Source of the DNA: Lingula anatina
Taxonomy: Eukaryota > Animalia > Brachiopoda
NCBI GenBank assembly: GCA_051362555.1
Contig: CM120645.1
Location: forward strand, 2,108,001-2,172,000
Length of the DNA: 64,000 nucleotides
Reading direction: 5' to 3'
Positions 13,901-25,682 of this stretch are shown here, piece by piece. The notes under the pieces are model-generated. The model made no database searches, was not told the DNA's origin, and worked only from the letters and a program-made list of their open reading frames with translations. The stretch's first letter is position 1, and every line of letters begins with the position of its first letter. Both the position numbers and the translations under genes were made by a program.

Positions 13901-16900
13901 AATACCATAGGGGAAACTACAGTAGTATACATTTAAAGATTGTACAACATTTGTCGTTTGCTTTTTATATAAAGAATTTGATCGTTTGCACAATGTATTC
14001 ACCAAGAAAACAAACTTAAATGCATTTCTTATTTTATTTTCTAGGAAAACACAGGATTGGAGACCCTGACCCACAATTCACAAAACGTCACGCAGAACGT
14101 AAGTTATTTTACTCTGATAAATAACAAACTGTCAAGTAAGATGAATCAGCAATATTGCATTTTGTTATTAAAAATTACAAACTTTTCTTTTTATATTACC
14201 AAAGGTGTGGTCAATAATCATAGTTTTTTTTTACCAGTGTTGATGTGGGAGCCAAGGCAAGTACAGTTTTATAATGCGTGTTTGTGTGTATATCTGCACG
14301 TGTGCGTGAATGTGTATGTGTGCCTGTGTGAACGTGCGTGTGTCCGTACTAGTATGTTTGTACATGTGAACGTGTGTTTTGTGAACATGTGTATGTGTGT
14401 GTGATCACCTCAGGAGATATCATGACTATTACATATTTTCCATCATCATGGGCCACATAATTTTGTATTGGGTTCAAAACTGAAAGTAAGATGTATAAAT
14501 GTAGTGTCCGCTTTCAATATGGCTGTGATAAAGGTCCAAATTACCACAGTAACGATACACGAGTCCTTTTAGACTCCATATTCTACGACACTAGAAACCA
14601 ACGAGAAAAATATGTTCTATGCACCTTTTTCTTACTATTTTTACTTAAGAAATGTTTGTATTATACAGTGCAAATATTGTTAATAAAAGATATTTATATA
14701 AATAAATCTTATATATTTCATCCAATGTGAGTACAGGAAAACTTTTAGTCTCTGTGAAACATTGAACCTCGACGCCCTTTAGTTTATGGTGGCTTGGTCA
14801 ATTTAGTTAAATAGACTGAGCTTAGAATGTCCTATAATTGCATGAATGAATACTAGTGTGAATTACATTGTTAACAACAATCATGTTATTTTTGTCAACA
14901 TTTAGATTATAAGTAAGACTGGAAAAATATTTACTTATAACATTGACTATACCGTTTTTCCTATAGAATATGTTTCTTTTCAGGCACCAAACTTAAAACA
15001 AGGAGGTCAGATACCTGCTATCAGGTAATGTACATCATTACATGTAATATATGTCGCTCTACATTGTGCTCAACATCTTGTTATAACTACTTAATAATTT
15101 CATGAATGTTTGAATATGACGATGTCAAACGTTCCTAATTTTCCATGTCCATGTAATATATATAAATGTAGGGACTGTTTGGAGGTACTATTGGAAGTAA
15201 AACCTATCTCAATATTAGCTGTTGTCTGAAGAAAAAATCACATCATTCTTGTAGGGACAGTTTGTAGTGTGAGGGGCTGTATGTCTGCAGACCCTGCGTG
15301 ATTATTTTAACACTGCACGCACTAATCAACTGATATTTCAGCCAGATAATGCTGACAATAAAAGTAGAATATGAGGCAATGTAATTATTGGTTATACCAC
15401 GTTATAATATCTAATGTAATCTAAATAAACTTTGAATTTATTCCCCATTTTCCAGGCACCTATAATGAGACCAACACACAAAAACCTTTTGGTGAAAATG
15501 AGACAAATGCTTGTAGAAAATCTCCGCGTTGAGGACATCATTCGGGACATGGTAGCCACGAACATATTCAGTAACGACAATGCAGAAAAGGTAATGGCTA
15601 AAGAAACAGAAAATGATCAAGCTTTTGAATTTCTTCGTATTCTACCGAAATGTGGTCCTCGTGCATTTGAAACATTTGTTGAAGTGTTGAGAAAACACAA
15701 TAAGATAGAACTTGCAGATAAGCTAGCAGACAAAGCGACTGCATACAGTAGTAAAAACCAATTAGCGTCTTTCTACATAAAATACATGAGTCAAATACAG
15801 CGTCTTCCTTGGGACCCCGACGACACAATGCACTTAGATGACGTCTTTGTTAACCTGCAGTGGGTACAAGAGGAAAGGAAACCAGCAGGTACCAGTTCTG
15901 ATCCAATCCGTAGCTATACATCAATATTACACACCAAACAAGGGAAGAGACCGAAGAGAATATTGGTCAGAGGAAAAGCAGGCATTGGCAAAACCACATT
16001 TACACAAAAGATGGCAACAGACTGGGCAAATGCCACACTGGGTTTAGGAGAATGTGATGAAGTCCTTTTGAGATATAAACATGTTTTAATAATAAATCTA
16101 CGCAGCGTTCAGCCTGGTCAAACATTGAAGGAAGCAATGGAAACACAAATCACTTGTTCTGCAGAAAATAGGAAAGCAGTGACAGATGAAGTCATGCAAG
16201 CTCTAGACTATGACAGTGAGCATGTTCTGTTGGTCTTTGATGGTTATGATGAATATGATATCAACACCTCCACAGAAATCACAGACATCATTTACCGAAG
16301 ACAATACCAAGATGTGTGCACCGTCATCACAACACGTCCGTGGAAGGCAGAAGAACTGATGAACAGACGAATGATGGACGATGCGTATGAAATAACTGGG
16401 CTAACAGAGGACAACATAGCTGAATATGTTGCTAAATTCTTTAATGATAAACAGAAATATGATGATTACCTGGCACTGAGGTCAGAATCCTATTTAAAGA
16501 GTCTGGATGTATTGCGTTCAATAGGGAAGGGTCTCGTAGGCTACCTAGAGGAAAAGAAGCTGATGTCTCTGGTGAGGATTCCAATACTTTTACTGTTTGT
16601 TTGTCTTATGTGGCAAGAAGATCAACAAAGTGATGCCAAGACAGATTCACTCCCAGCTTCATACACACTGCTATACAAGAAACTAATACAGTTGCTTTTA
16701 AGACGAAGATACGGCATCAGGACACAGGTTGAAATGGAACAGTCTGCATGCGTTAAAAATCTTGAAGAAGAAACATTTATCAGCCTTGGCAAGCTGGCTT
16801 ACGATGGACTGGTGAAACCAGATGGGGGTCTCATATTTGATGAAAAGGACTTGCAGACGATTCCAGATGTCAACGAATTGTACAGTTTAGGTCTACTTAG

Positions 16901-18398
16901 CAAGTGTAAGGTTCACAGTAACCTTGATGTTAAACACGAGGTAACTTTTCCACACAAAACAATTCAGGAGTTTTTTGCGGCAAAATACCTGGCGGGGACA
17001 TTAGACGAAAAGGTGAATAACATTTTAGATCAATTGTTGGAAAACTTAGACACCCCTGATAAACTATTCGACATGGATTTTGTGCTGCGCTTTGTGTGTG
17101 GGTTATCTAGGAGTGCAACTGGCAAAGTGCTACGTAGAGCGAAATCTCTTCAAGGCGAATTTGAGAAAGAAATATTTAAGCCTTATCTCAGGAACAGTCA
17201 TTTTCGCAGGGTTATCCAGTTGTGTAATGATATCCTTCTAGAACACTGGTATGCCCACTGTCCCCAAGAAACAGTGCTGCCCCTTGAGCTTATCTCCTGG
17301 CACAGGGTACTTTGCATACCTGGATCATTTCGTCACTCTGATCCCAGATTCCAGCAGGTTTTGTATGACAGTGTAGATAGTTTATTGTCCAGTCCTCAGA
17401 TATATTCTGGTATGCTGAAAGGTTTGATTGCTGTCCGTCTTGACAGCGACATGTTAGTTACAAAAATACCAGACGATATATCTACCAGAAGACAAGAAAT
17501 AGAGCACAAACTTTTATCTTTACTCAGAAAGTGTGACATGTTCGAGGAACTAGTAGCGGTACTTTGGCAGACTGAATATCACACATGTGATGATTGCACA
17601 TATACATTAAATCATGTTATATCAAAAGCTCCTAACCTTCAAACACTTGTAATAACTACAAATTACAGTGGAGCATTATCATCAATACCAAACCCTGGAA
17701 AACTGTTACATCTGGAGGTCAGTGACATAAATGTTCAAGACTGGCAGGTGATCCTACAGATGGGACACTTGGAGTGCATTAACGTAAGTGGCGGCCTATC
17801 AAGAGACCCACCTCCTCAACTGGGGTTAATACCTATTACCAGTCATGATTTAACTCGTATAGACATTAGTTTTACCCATCTTCGTGCCGTGGGTGTACAG
17901 CTTCTTGGGAGGAACCTTCATCATGTGCCAGGGCTGGAATATCTGACACTGGACTGTGTATTCAATAATGGACCCTGGTGTGGGCCTGACACGTGTACAT
18001 GTCCTAGGGGTGAAGATAACACAGACTATGACAGATGTCAGGATGTCTGTGAAGCCGTGTGTGAACTAAGCCAAGGTGTGATACACACCACTAAGCTGAA
18101 GTACTTCTCATTCAGTGTCAATGACTTGGGTCGGTACCACGGTATCACCAGTCCACTGATAGTATTGATTCAATCTCTCAGTACAGTGTCAGAGCAGACT
18201 GGAATGATGATTAATATGTCCTATAATCACCTGGGCAGTGTTGACCGCCTCAGTGAGCTGATAGAAGCCATTGTCAGTTCTTACCAGCATGTATCATCTT
18301 GGAATCTTCGGTTGAATGACCTTGAGGAGAGTCTCCCAACGCCAGGCGACAGTCTTAATTGTAAGGTGTCGCATGATCTTTTATATGTGAAAACCTGA
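10215..18398 (+). CDS. NLR paralog 1: HEPN(DZIP3-like)-coiled coil-Ser/basic linker-CARD-NACHT-LRR-like, spliced, about 1302 aa
   Basis: ATG at 10215 in gccATGg context. Exons 10215-10905, 11299-11367, 13237-13347, 14045-14098, 14984-15024, 15456-18398, all GT-AG, intron phases 1,1,1,1,0, giving one open frame. The same exons are conserved in copy 2. Confidence 0.85.
15456..18398 (+). CDS. Copy 1 terminal exon: CARD-NACHT-winged helix-LRR-like
   Basis: CARD-like segment LVENLRVEDII...QAFEFLRILPKCGPRAFETFVEVLRK. Walker A GKAGIGKT (15972-15995), Walker B LLVFDGYDE, sensor-1 ITTR, WHD FPHKTIQEFFAA, C-terminal LxxLxLxxN-like repeats. Phase-0 acceptor TTTTCCAG ends 15455. Confidence 0.93.
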   Translation, partial: APIMRPTHKNLLVKMRQMLVENLRVEDIIRDMVATNIFSNDNAEKVMAKETENDQAFEFLRILPKCGPRAFETFVEVLRKHNKIELADKLADKATAYSSKNQLASFYIKYMSQIQRLPWDPDDTMHLDDVFVNLQWVQEERKPAGTSSDPIRSYTSILHTKQGKRPKRILVRGKAGIGKTTFTQKMATDWANATLGLGECDEVLLRYKHVLIINLRSVQPGQTLKEAMETQITCSAENRKAVTDEVMQALDYDSEHVLLVFDGYDEYDINTSTEITDIIYRRQYQDVCTVITTRPWKAEELMNRRMMDDAYEITGLTEDNIAEYVAKFFNDKQKYDDYLALRSESYLKSLDVLRSIGKGLVGYLEEKKLMSLVRIPILLLFVCLMWQEDQQSDAKTDSLPASYTLLYKKLIQLLLRRRYGIRTQVEMEQSACVKNLEEETFISLGKLAYDGLVKPDGGLIFDEKDLQTIPDVNELYSLGLLSKCKVHSNLDVKHEVTFPHKTIQEFFAAKYLAGTLDEKVNNILDQLLENLDTPDKLFDMDFVLRFVCGLSRSATGKVLRRAKSLQGEFEKEIFKPYLRNSHFRRVIQLCNDILLEHWYAHCPQETVLPLELISWHRVLCIPGSFRHSDPRFQQVLYDSVDSLLSSPQIYSGMLKGLIAVRLDSDMLVTKIPDDISTRRQEIEHKLLSLLRKCDMFEELVAVLWQTEYHTCDDCTYTLNHVISKAPNLQTLVITTNYSGALSSIPNPGKLLHLEVSDINVQDWQVILQMGHLECINVSGGLSRDPPPQLGLIPITSHDLTRIDISFTHLRAVGVQLLGRNLHHVPGLEYLTLDCVFNNGPWCGPDTCTCPRGEDNTDYDRCQDVCEAVCELSQGVIHTTKLKYFSFSVNDLGRYHGITSPLIVLIQSLSTVSEQTGMMINMSYNHLGSVDRLSELIEAIVSSYQHVSSWNLRLNDLEESLPTPGDSLNCKVSHDLLYVKT

Positions 18399-18501
18399 AC
18401 ATATGTGTTAAGTCTCGTTCACATATGCAAAATGAAGTCTATTTCAAGATGTGGATGCTTTAGCACAGTTGTGATATTTTCATCACCGAGCAATGCTAAA
18501 G

Positions 18502-19436
18502 CACGCTCGGCTGTCACCTTGATTGGATAGTAAACGATTGTCGTAAAATCGCTAAATGATATTAAAACCGGGTGCATAAACTTGAAAACCACCTACAACA
18601 ACCTTGGACTACCACATTAATCCAATACAATGCAAACATAAGCTATAACAAGTGGTTAAAGCCTTCAAACCGAATGTCGTAAAGTCCCCATATACCTCCA
18701 TAAAGACAATAAAATAGAATGAGCTTCTGAAACAAACCTGATCCAGTTCCAACAGAATAATCGAAATAAAATACTGCCGGGCATCGGAGCGGCCTAAAAC
18801 TTGGCACGCTTACCGCTAATACTGCAGGCTACATCATCCCGTCGCTCGTTTGTAAATTCCGTGCATGGCATACGCACAATCAAACCGTAAAAAACAAATT
18901 CTCGGGGTGTCGTTGGCTAGGTCCACTCAACAATCCAATTCAGGAAATGACGTAACCGCAGAGGTCGCATTGTCCAATGGCATGGGTTCTTTTTCGTAAT
19001 GGTAGGTTAGAGTGGACCTGGCCAACGACACCCCGAGAATTTGTTTTTTACGGTTTGATTGTGCGTATGCCATGCACGGAATTTACAAACGAGCGACGGG
19101 ATGATGTAGCCTGCAGTATTAGCGGTGAGCGTGCCAAGTTTTAGGCCGCTCCGATGCCCGGCAGTATTTTATTTCGATTATTCTGTTGGAACTGGATCAG
19201 GTTTGTTTCAGAAGCTCATTCTATTTTATTGTCTTTATGGAGGTATATGGGGACTTTACGACATTCGGTTTGAAGGCTTTAACCACTTGTTATAGCTTAT
19301 GTTTGCATTGTATTGGATTAATGTGGTAGTCCAAGGTTGTTGTAGGTGATTTTCAAGTTTATGCACCCGGTTTTAATATCATTTAGCGATTTTACGACAA
19401 TCGTTTACTATCCAATCAAGGTGACAGCCGAGCGTG
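18502..19436. mobile_element. 935-bp foldback (long-TIR) non-autonomous DNA element with 8-bp TSD
   Basis: Inverted arms about 18502-18928 and 19010-19436 (CACGCTCGGCTG...CAGCCGAGCGTG), near-identical by eye. TGCTAAAG is duplicated at 18494-18501 and 19437-19444. Empty site in copy 2 near 49875. Confidence 0.92.
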
Positions 19437-19971
19437 TGCTAAAGCATGCCTTGGTCTACCAGTATTTCAGTATTCAATATTTATGCTTGTTACCCAGACA
19501 CTGATAGTGTACTCTTAATCAGCTGTTACATTGTATCTTATTGTCAGTCTTCAACATCTACTGGTATAGTGCATTCCAAATCATTGTGTAAATATAAAAC
19601 TTGATACAATTGTAAATGGTTGATACATTTTTTTTTTTTCCTGTCAATAACCATCTGTACATATTACTATAGGTCATAATATCAAGACACATGTTGGTTG
19701 TGATATTGTATTTAGACTCATTTATACATGTATAAACATACAGCCTTATTTGGATATGAAATGGTGTGCTTAATGTATGTATATTGATGAATAAGGTGTT
19801 TTTTTAAAGGAATTACATAGCTTATTTGTTGACTTGACATACAGCAGTTCATGAAATTTTAGTGTCTTTTTGAAAAATAAAGTGTAAATCTGTATATCAC
19901 TATGTGTGTGCAAGTTGGATGGGTGAAATGTATGGTCGTTAAAAAACTTGCTTTTTGCACATTTAAAATAC

Positions 19972-20180
19972 GGGGTCATGGCGATACTCCCCCGCACCGA
20001 TAATCCCCCTTAGTAATTTTTGTGTTATGCATATCGATACGACCGCACACCGATAGATCCCCGCACCGGTACATCCCCGCGCCAATACTTCCCAGCACCG
20101 ATGCTCCCCTACAAATGCAGAAGCGATGCGGGGATGTACCGGTGCGGGGGAGTATCGGTGCGGGGACTTATCGGCATGTC
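19972..20180. mobile_element. Small MITE-like insertion with internal CCCGCACCG repeats in inverted orientation
   Basis: Imperfect termini GTCATGGCGATA / TATCGGCATGTC. GC-rich and self-complementary. Absent from the paralogous flank near 50535. Confidence 0.65.
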
Positions 20181-22344
20181 AACGATCATGTGTTTGACAT
20201 ATTGTGCCGGTTCAGTATTTTGAAACTTTTCTTATAGTTAGCTGTTTTGAAACACACATTAAAACACATTTCTTGAAGAAACTGTAGAATTAAAACTAAG
20301 CGTTTTTATGAGTTTTAATCTGTACATAATTCTGATTATTACTTATACAGGTATTAGACTTGAAGGTAATGATAGGTTTTTTAGTTATTGTTGAAAACTG
20401 AAGTTTTGTGAGACAAAAATTCTAGTTGTGAAGATTAACATAAGAAGTCTTATAATAATTTCCTATATTTGTCATGAAGGATCATAAAAGATCTCACTTG
20501 TTGTAATAGTGCTAGGAAGAAAAAATAAATTGCGAGTTATTAAACACATATGGAGTAAACACATTTTTTCTAATTACTGTAAAATGTACAAAATTACAAT
20601 ATATTTTCCCGGTAATATTTAATTACTTGAATTCAGTTTAAAGACAAACAGCAAATGCAGTATGGTGTGGTTTTAATATGTTATTGTATTACCGTCAATT
20701 AATATCATTTGGAGTATGTACATCTAAAGAAAAAAGTGATTTAATAAGTAACCAGCGCAGTCCAAACTGTGAGTAATAAATGATTTAATAATGTATCAAT
20801 GCAGCCAGACCTAGGAATGATAGATGATTTAATATTGTTACATGATTACACATTTTAACGTCCACTGATGAGTCGGGAGTGTCATCATGCAGGTCAATAT
20901 CAGAGGGTTTCGGTTTTTATGAAAAAGGATGGGCACTGGGGGACCGTTTGCATCTGAGTTCAGCGTGCTAGTCGGTAGGCCATCTTAACGAGCATAAAAT
21001 ATCTACCCACTCAGCAAATTTAGACAGCCTTCTTATTTTGTGCTAATCAAGCTCTACAAGGCAACACCACGTGTTACTCACCCACCTGTTAAAGATTTAT
21101 GATAATTATGTTCTAACTGCAATGTGAATATCACCGCACGTTGAATTTTAAGGAGAACAGTTTGTTTTTTTAAAATGAATCAGGACAGTTTCAAAACGTG
21201 TGTGCTGTGTATTTACAAGACCTTATCCTATTCAGAATATCCATCAAGGCTTGTTATATAAGTAAGCGGTTCCACGTGATGATTTTTATATGATCATGTT
21301 ACTAGGAGTAGAGTGACGGTGTATATGGTTTGATCGGAAAAATCGATCCACTGGGATCCAGCGTGGACTGGTACGGCTCCAAATCTCGACACAGGACCTT
21401 GGCTTTTGCACAGCAAAGTTCTAGTACCGCGACCGAAAAACGTTCCGACTGACTTGTCCGTATTGAACACAAACATAATTGTAAACTGTAGTGTACATGT
21501 AATATTACCATTATTGGCTCACAAAAATCACGTGATGTCCTTTTACCCAACGACTGGTCATGGCGGTAATTTTAGACAATTCATGAAGTCCACGGTGCAA
21601 AGTAGCACAAAATACATAAAAGCTAAACTATAAATCTTTACAGGTGCCAGCCATGTGTAGGTTATACTGCTTTATTGACGTCTCTTCCCGGCATATACTT
21701 AAAACATACACTTGAATAAAATAAAATTATCCAACAAACTTTTTAAAAGCCATGTACGTCCACATGCAATAATTCCCATGGACCCCAATTTTATGACGAT
21801 TTTCTATGGAAATCTGACGATGTCAAGTACACGAGAAACACAGGCATGACGAAACGTTTGTACCCCATAACCTTTACTATAGTGACATTTTACTCGAAAA
21901 TAATGTTTAACTTCTCATAAAAGAGAACACAAAACACAGCACGATTTCATTGCTTTGGCGAAATACTCTCATAATTCAAAACGTCAAAAATAATTTTGCC
22001 ACTGATGCTTCAGTTTCCGGAGCATGGGAGGTGATGAGGGTGTCATCTTCTAACTGAAAGTAACTAAATAACTATCGGCAATTATGAGTTGGATGTTTTC
22101 GTTTACAATCACCACCACTTTACTAAGTAAAAGGGTCAGCTGCAAAGACAATTGTCGCTCTGTTTTTCTTCACTCGTAGAGGAGCAGACGAGGACAAATT
22201 TATCATTTTTGTGATATCTTTCGTGGTAGGGGAGGAGAAGGGTCTGGTAGTATATTGTTCGTATTATTGTTTTCAGCGCCACTTAGAGCATCTGAACTGT
22301 ATCCTCTGCCTTGAGGAGGTCAAATTTGTTAGCATTTTCAGGTA

Positions 22345-23650
22345 TTAAAATTGCCCCGTTTTGCTGTTCTTTATATCTACTTGGGTGTGGTGCAGAGGGA
22401 TCATCCAGTACGTATCAGGGGGTAACATTCCAGACATACTGTCATCTGTTGCAAACTGCAATGAGACGCTGAGACGCAGTGGAGCCCCCCCCCCCCCCCT
22501 CCACACACACACACACATACAGAATTGTCAAATTGTTTTTAATACCTTCTGAAGCAGGGGTAGCTCGGTTGTCAGTACATCAAGTACTGCGTCGTGGACC
22601 GTAAGATAGATGGCGTCTCCGTCTTGGTCACCGTGGAATACATTTTTCTGGACTGTCTCAGTAAGCTCATCTAGAAGACAGAAACAATTAGAATTCTCAA
22701 TGTCAACTTACAACATTAATAATTAATATTGACGTTAATTTTCACCTTTGTATGAACCACTTTAAGATAAAAAGCTGAGCTTACATTATAAGAACCAATA
22801 ATCAGTTCTTCAAATACTGTGAAATTATTAGTAAGTTTTCTTGGAGTTTCTAGTAAGTTTCTAGTTACAAACCTCTGCAATGCGCAAGAACAACCTGAAC
22901 TCCAACTTCTTTGTAATCATATACAATCTCAAATGAAATTAACTTTCCGCTTATTTTCTTATTTTAGCTAATTGCTCCGTCTTATGATAGGTTGAAAGAG
23001 TCAGTATGATATATGTAACAATAAAAACATATCTCACGAGTAAAACATGTAATTAAAAACACTGTTAGGTATAGAAGTGAAATAATTTTCATATACCGAG
23101 ATGAAAGGACAGTATCATTTCCAGCATGATATGCAATTTTTCTTCAATCAAACATGTCGTATTTATCAAAGGACAGAGAGAGAAGCGAGAGAGAGAGAGA
23201 GAGAGAGAGAAAGGAGAGGGCAGTGACTTTTACCTGTTTCAGAGCCTGGATACCAACAGCGTCTACAAAAGCCATGGCGGAACAGTCAACTATGATATGA
23301 TGAATAGCGAGCTGAGGTGGAAGCTCTTCATTAACTTCTGAGGGTAATTTGTCATCAGGTTGGACGTCCTCCATGTGGAGACTAAGTACTCCTTTGGACA
23401 GGCCTAGCATACCGCTGTTACTTACACCGTTCACTTCTGTAGGCTTCTTTATTGTGGTAGGAATGCACTGAATGAATAACAACTCTTAGTAAAAAATTCT
23501 AAAGAGTTAATGCTGGTCTAATATATGTATTTGATAGATAAGGTATGAACGTTTTTTTTCTCCAGCACACACTACTAGTTGGTATCACATTTATTTTCCA
23601 TTCAAAGCGTGGCATTGCGGATCCGAATAGATGAGCGTTAATATCGTTGA

Positions 23651-23687
<37 letters not shown>

Positions 23688-25614
23688 CTTAGTATAGCAA
23701 ATTGCCAATTGCCAATTAATAGAGCTCCACAAAAGCCCGCCACCAAAAATCGACTTTGACCTTTCCGAAATTGTTTATGGAAACCCGTTATTTACTTTGT
23801 ATTACTTTGAGTGAAACCATTATGACCAACGAATTAAAATATTTATCTCTTTGACGGAGTTAATAAATCACTGAATAAACGCCAATATTTATGTGAAATC
23901 TAACCTCTACTTTTTGTCTTTTCTTCTCTTCCTTCTCTCTCTCTTTCTCCAACGCTTCGCTTTTCTCTTTGCTCTTCATCTGTTTGGCTTTCAGGAGTGA
24001 CGGATCACAGGCAGTAGCTGCGTACAGCTTGCTCCGGAAGTGTTCAGCGTTGGCGTAATACAGAGATGATCCAAAGTGGAATATCTTGATACCTGGAATC
24101 TCCTCCACCTGGATATATAGGTATATGACCAAATTCCTTTATCACCATGATCAGCATTTTTATTATTATAATTATTGTTATTTTCAGAAGAAAAAGAAAA
24201 ATAAATCAGGGTGATCTGAATAAAACACTACATACATGTAAGTCAGTAAATCAATATAAACATCCACTGTTCTCGTCCTTTTAACATTTTGCATTATTTG
24301 CATTAGCCATATTCCAGGGGCGAAAAACAGCTGTTTTGTTCGGGGGAAAAGGGCAGTTGCACTCATCATATCTTGTTGATGATAAAAACTGTAACTCCCT
24401 ATGCCTTAAGCAAACATTAAATCAAGTCAAGTGATTGCCCCTCCCCCCCCCCCCCCCCCCCCCCCCCACGTCTCATGCCTCGTAGGCAACCACATGTGTC
24501 GACTCTTAAAATATTTTTGTTATCATATACTGTATGTTGGTGCCCTTGGAATAGCAGTTATATCAAAATCAAAATAATAAAACACACTCACCATATAAAA
24601 GGTTAGAAAACAAAGTTGTTTTTAATAATTAAAAAAGACTGTGTAATGAAGTGGGAAAATCTTCAGTGTATATAAAAAATCCAATAAATGGTGGATGCAT
24701 TACCCATCAACATTTTGTGAAAATATTAGCCTTAGCTACTGTGGTTATTTTAGTATGATTCAAAATAACGGTGCTTGTGGATTTTTGGGCTATGTATATT
24801 TGAAACCAATAACTTAAAAAGCATACTCACCATCTTGTATATATTGCATGTCTCTGTATATATCCGAGTGGGGCACTCTCCCATACAAACACATGTACGG
24901 CCTTATATAGAAGAAATAGGTGTGTTAGTATATTATGGAGACAACTATATGTAGCGCACTTAAAGGAAAGACGATCTTACATCTAATTGTCCAGATGGCA
25001 GATTCAAAACACTGGCTGACTATGTAGGCTGCCAAGTGTTTGAAACTCTTCCACAGTCACTATGCAAAATCAAAATTTTAATTATTTAAAAATTTTAATT
25101 TAATTTATTAAAATTAATTTACTTCCAGCATGAAATAGCGAAATTATATCGTATATCGAAAGTTTTTCCCTTTTTGATAAATGTTAAAGAGATTTATGTA
25201 CAAATGCACTGTGGGTTTATGAAAAAAATGCAAAGATATCGATAATTAATGTAGGTGACAAAACCAAAGCGCTATTTTGATACACAGGCTGATACCTGTA
25301 TGGAATTTTATCGGCATATACCATAAAATATAATAAATGCACTTGTAGCATGAAGTATTCAGCACACCATTACATAATGGTAAAATATTAGATAGTACTA
25401 CATTATACATTGATAGTGCTATACTGTCCAAAATATATTAGGCAGATGTGTTGAAAATACCATGGTCAGGTGATACAAACTAAAGATGTCATACCACTGT
25501 GTCCTGAACACGACGGTGAGCAGAGAGAAACCAACTCCTATCATGAGGCCATACTTCAAGTCAAGGATAACCACCCCAAGGAAAGTAACGATCCAGATGG
25601 CCTTCGTGAAAAAA

Positions 25615-25682
<68 letters not shown>

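Noticed and set aside
15432-15455. ORF-track starts at 15432, 46758 and 38772
   Set aside because: These N-terminal extensions lie in intron sequence upstream of splice acceptors.
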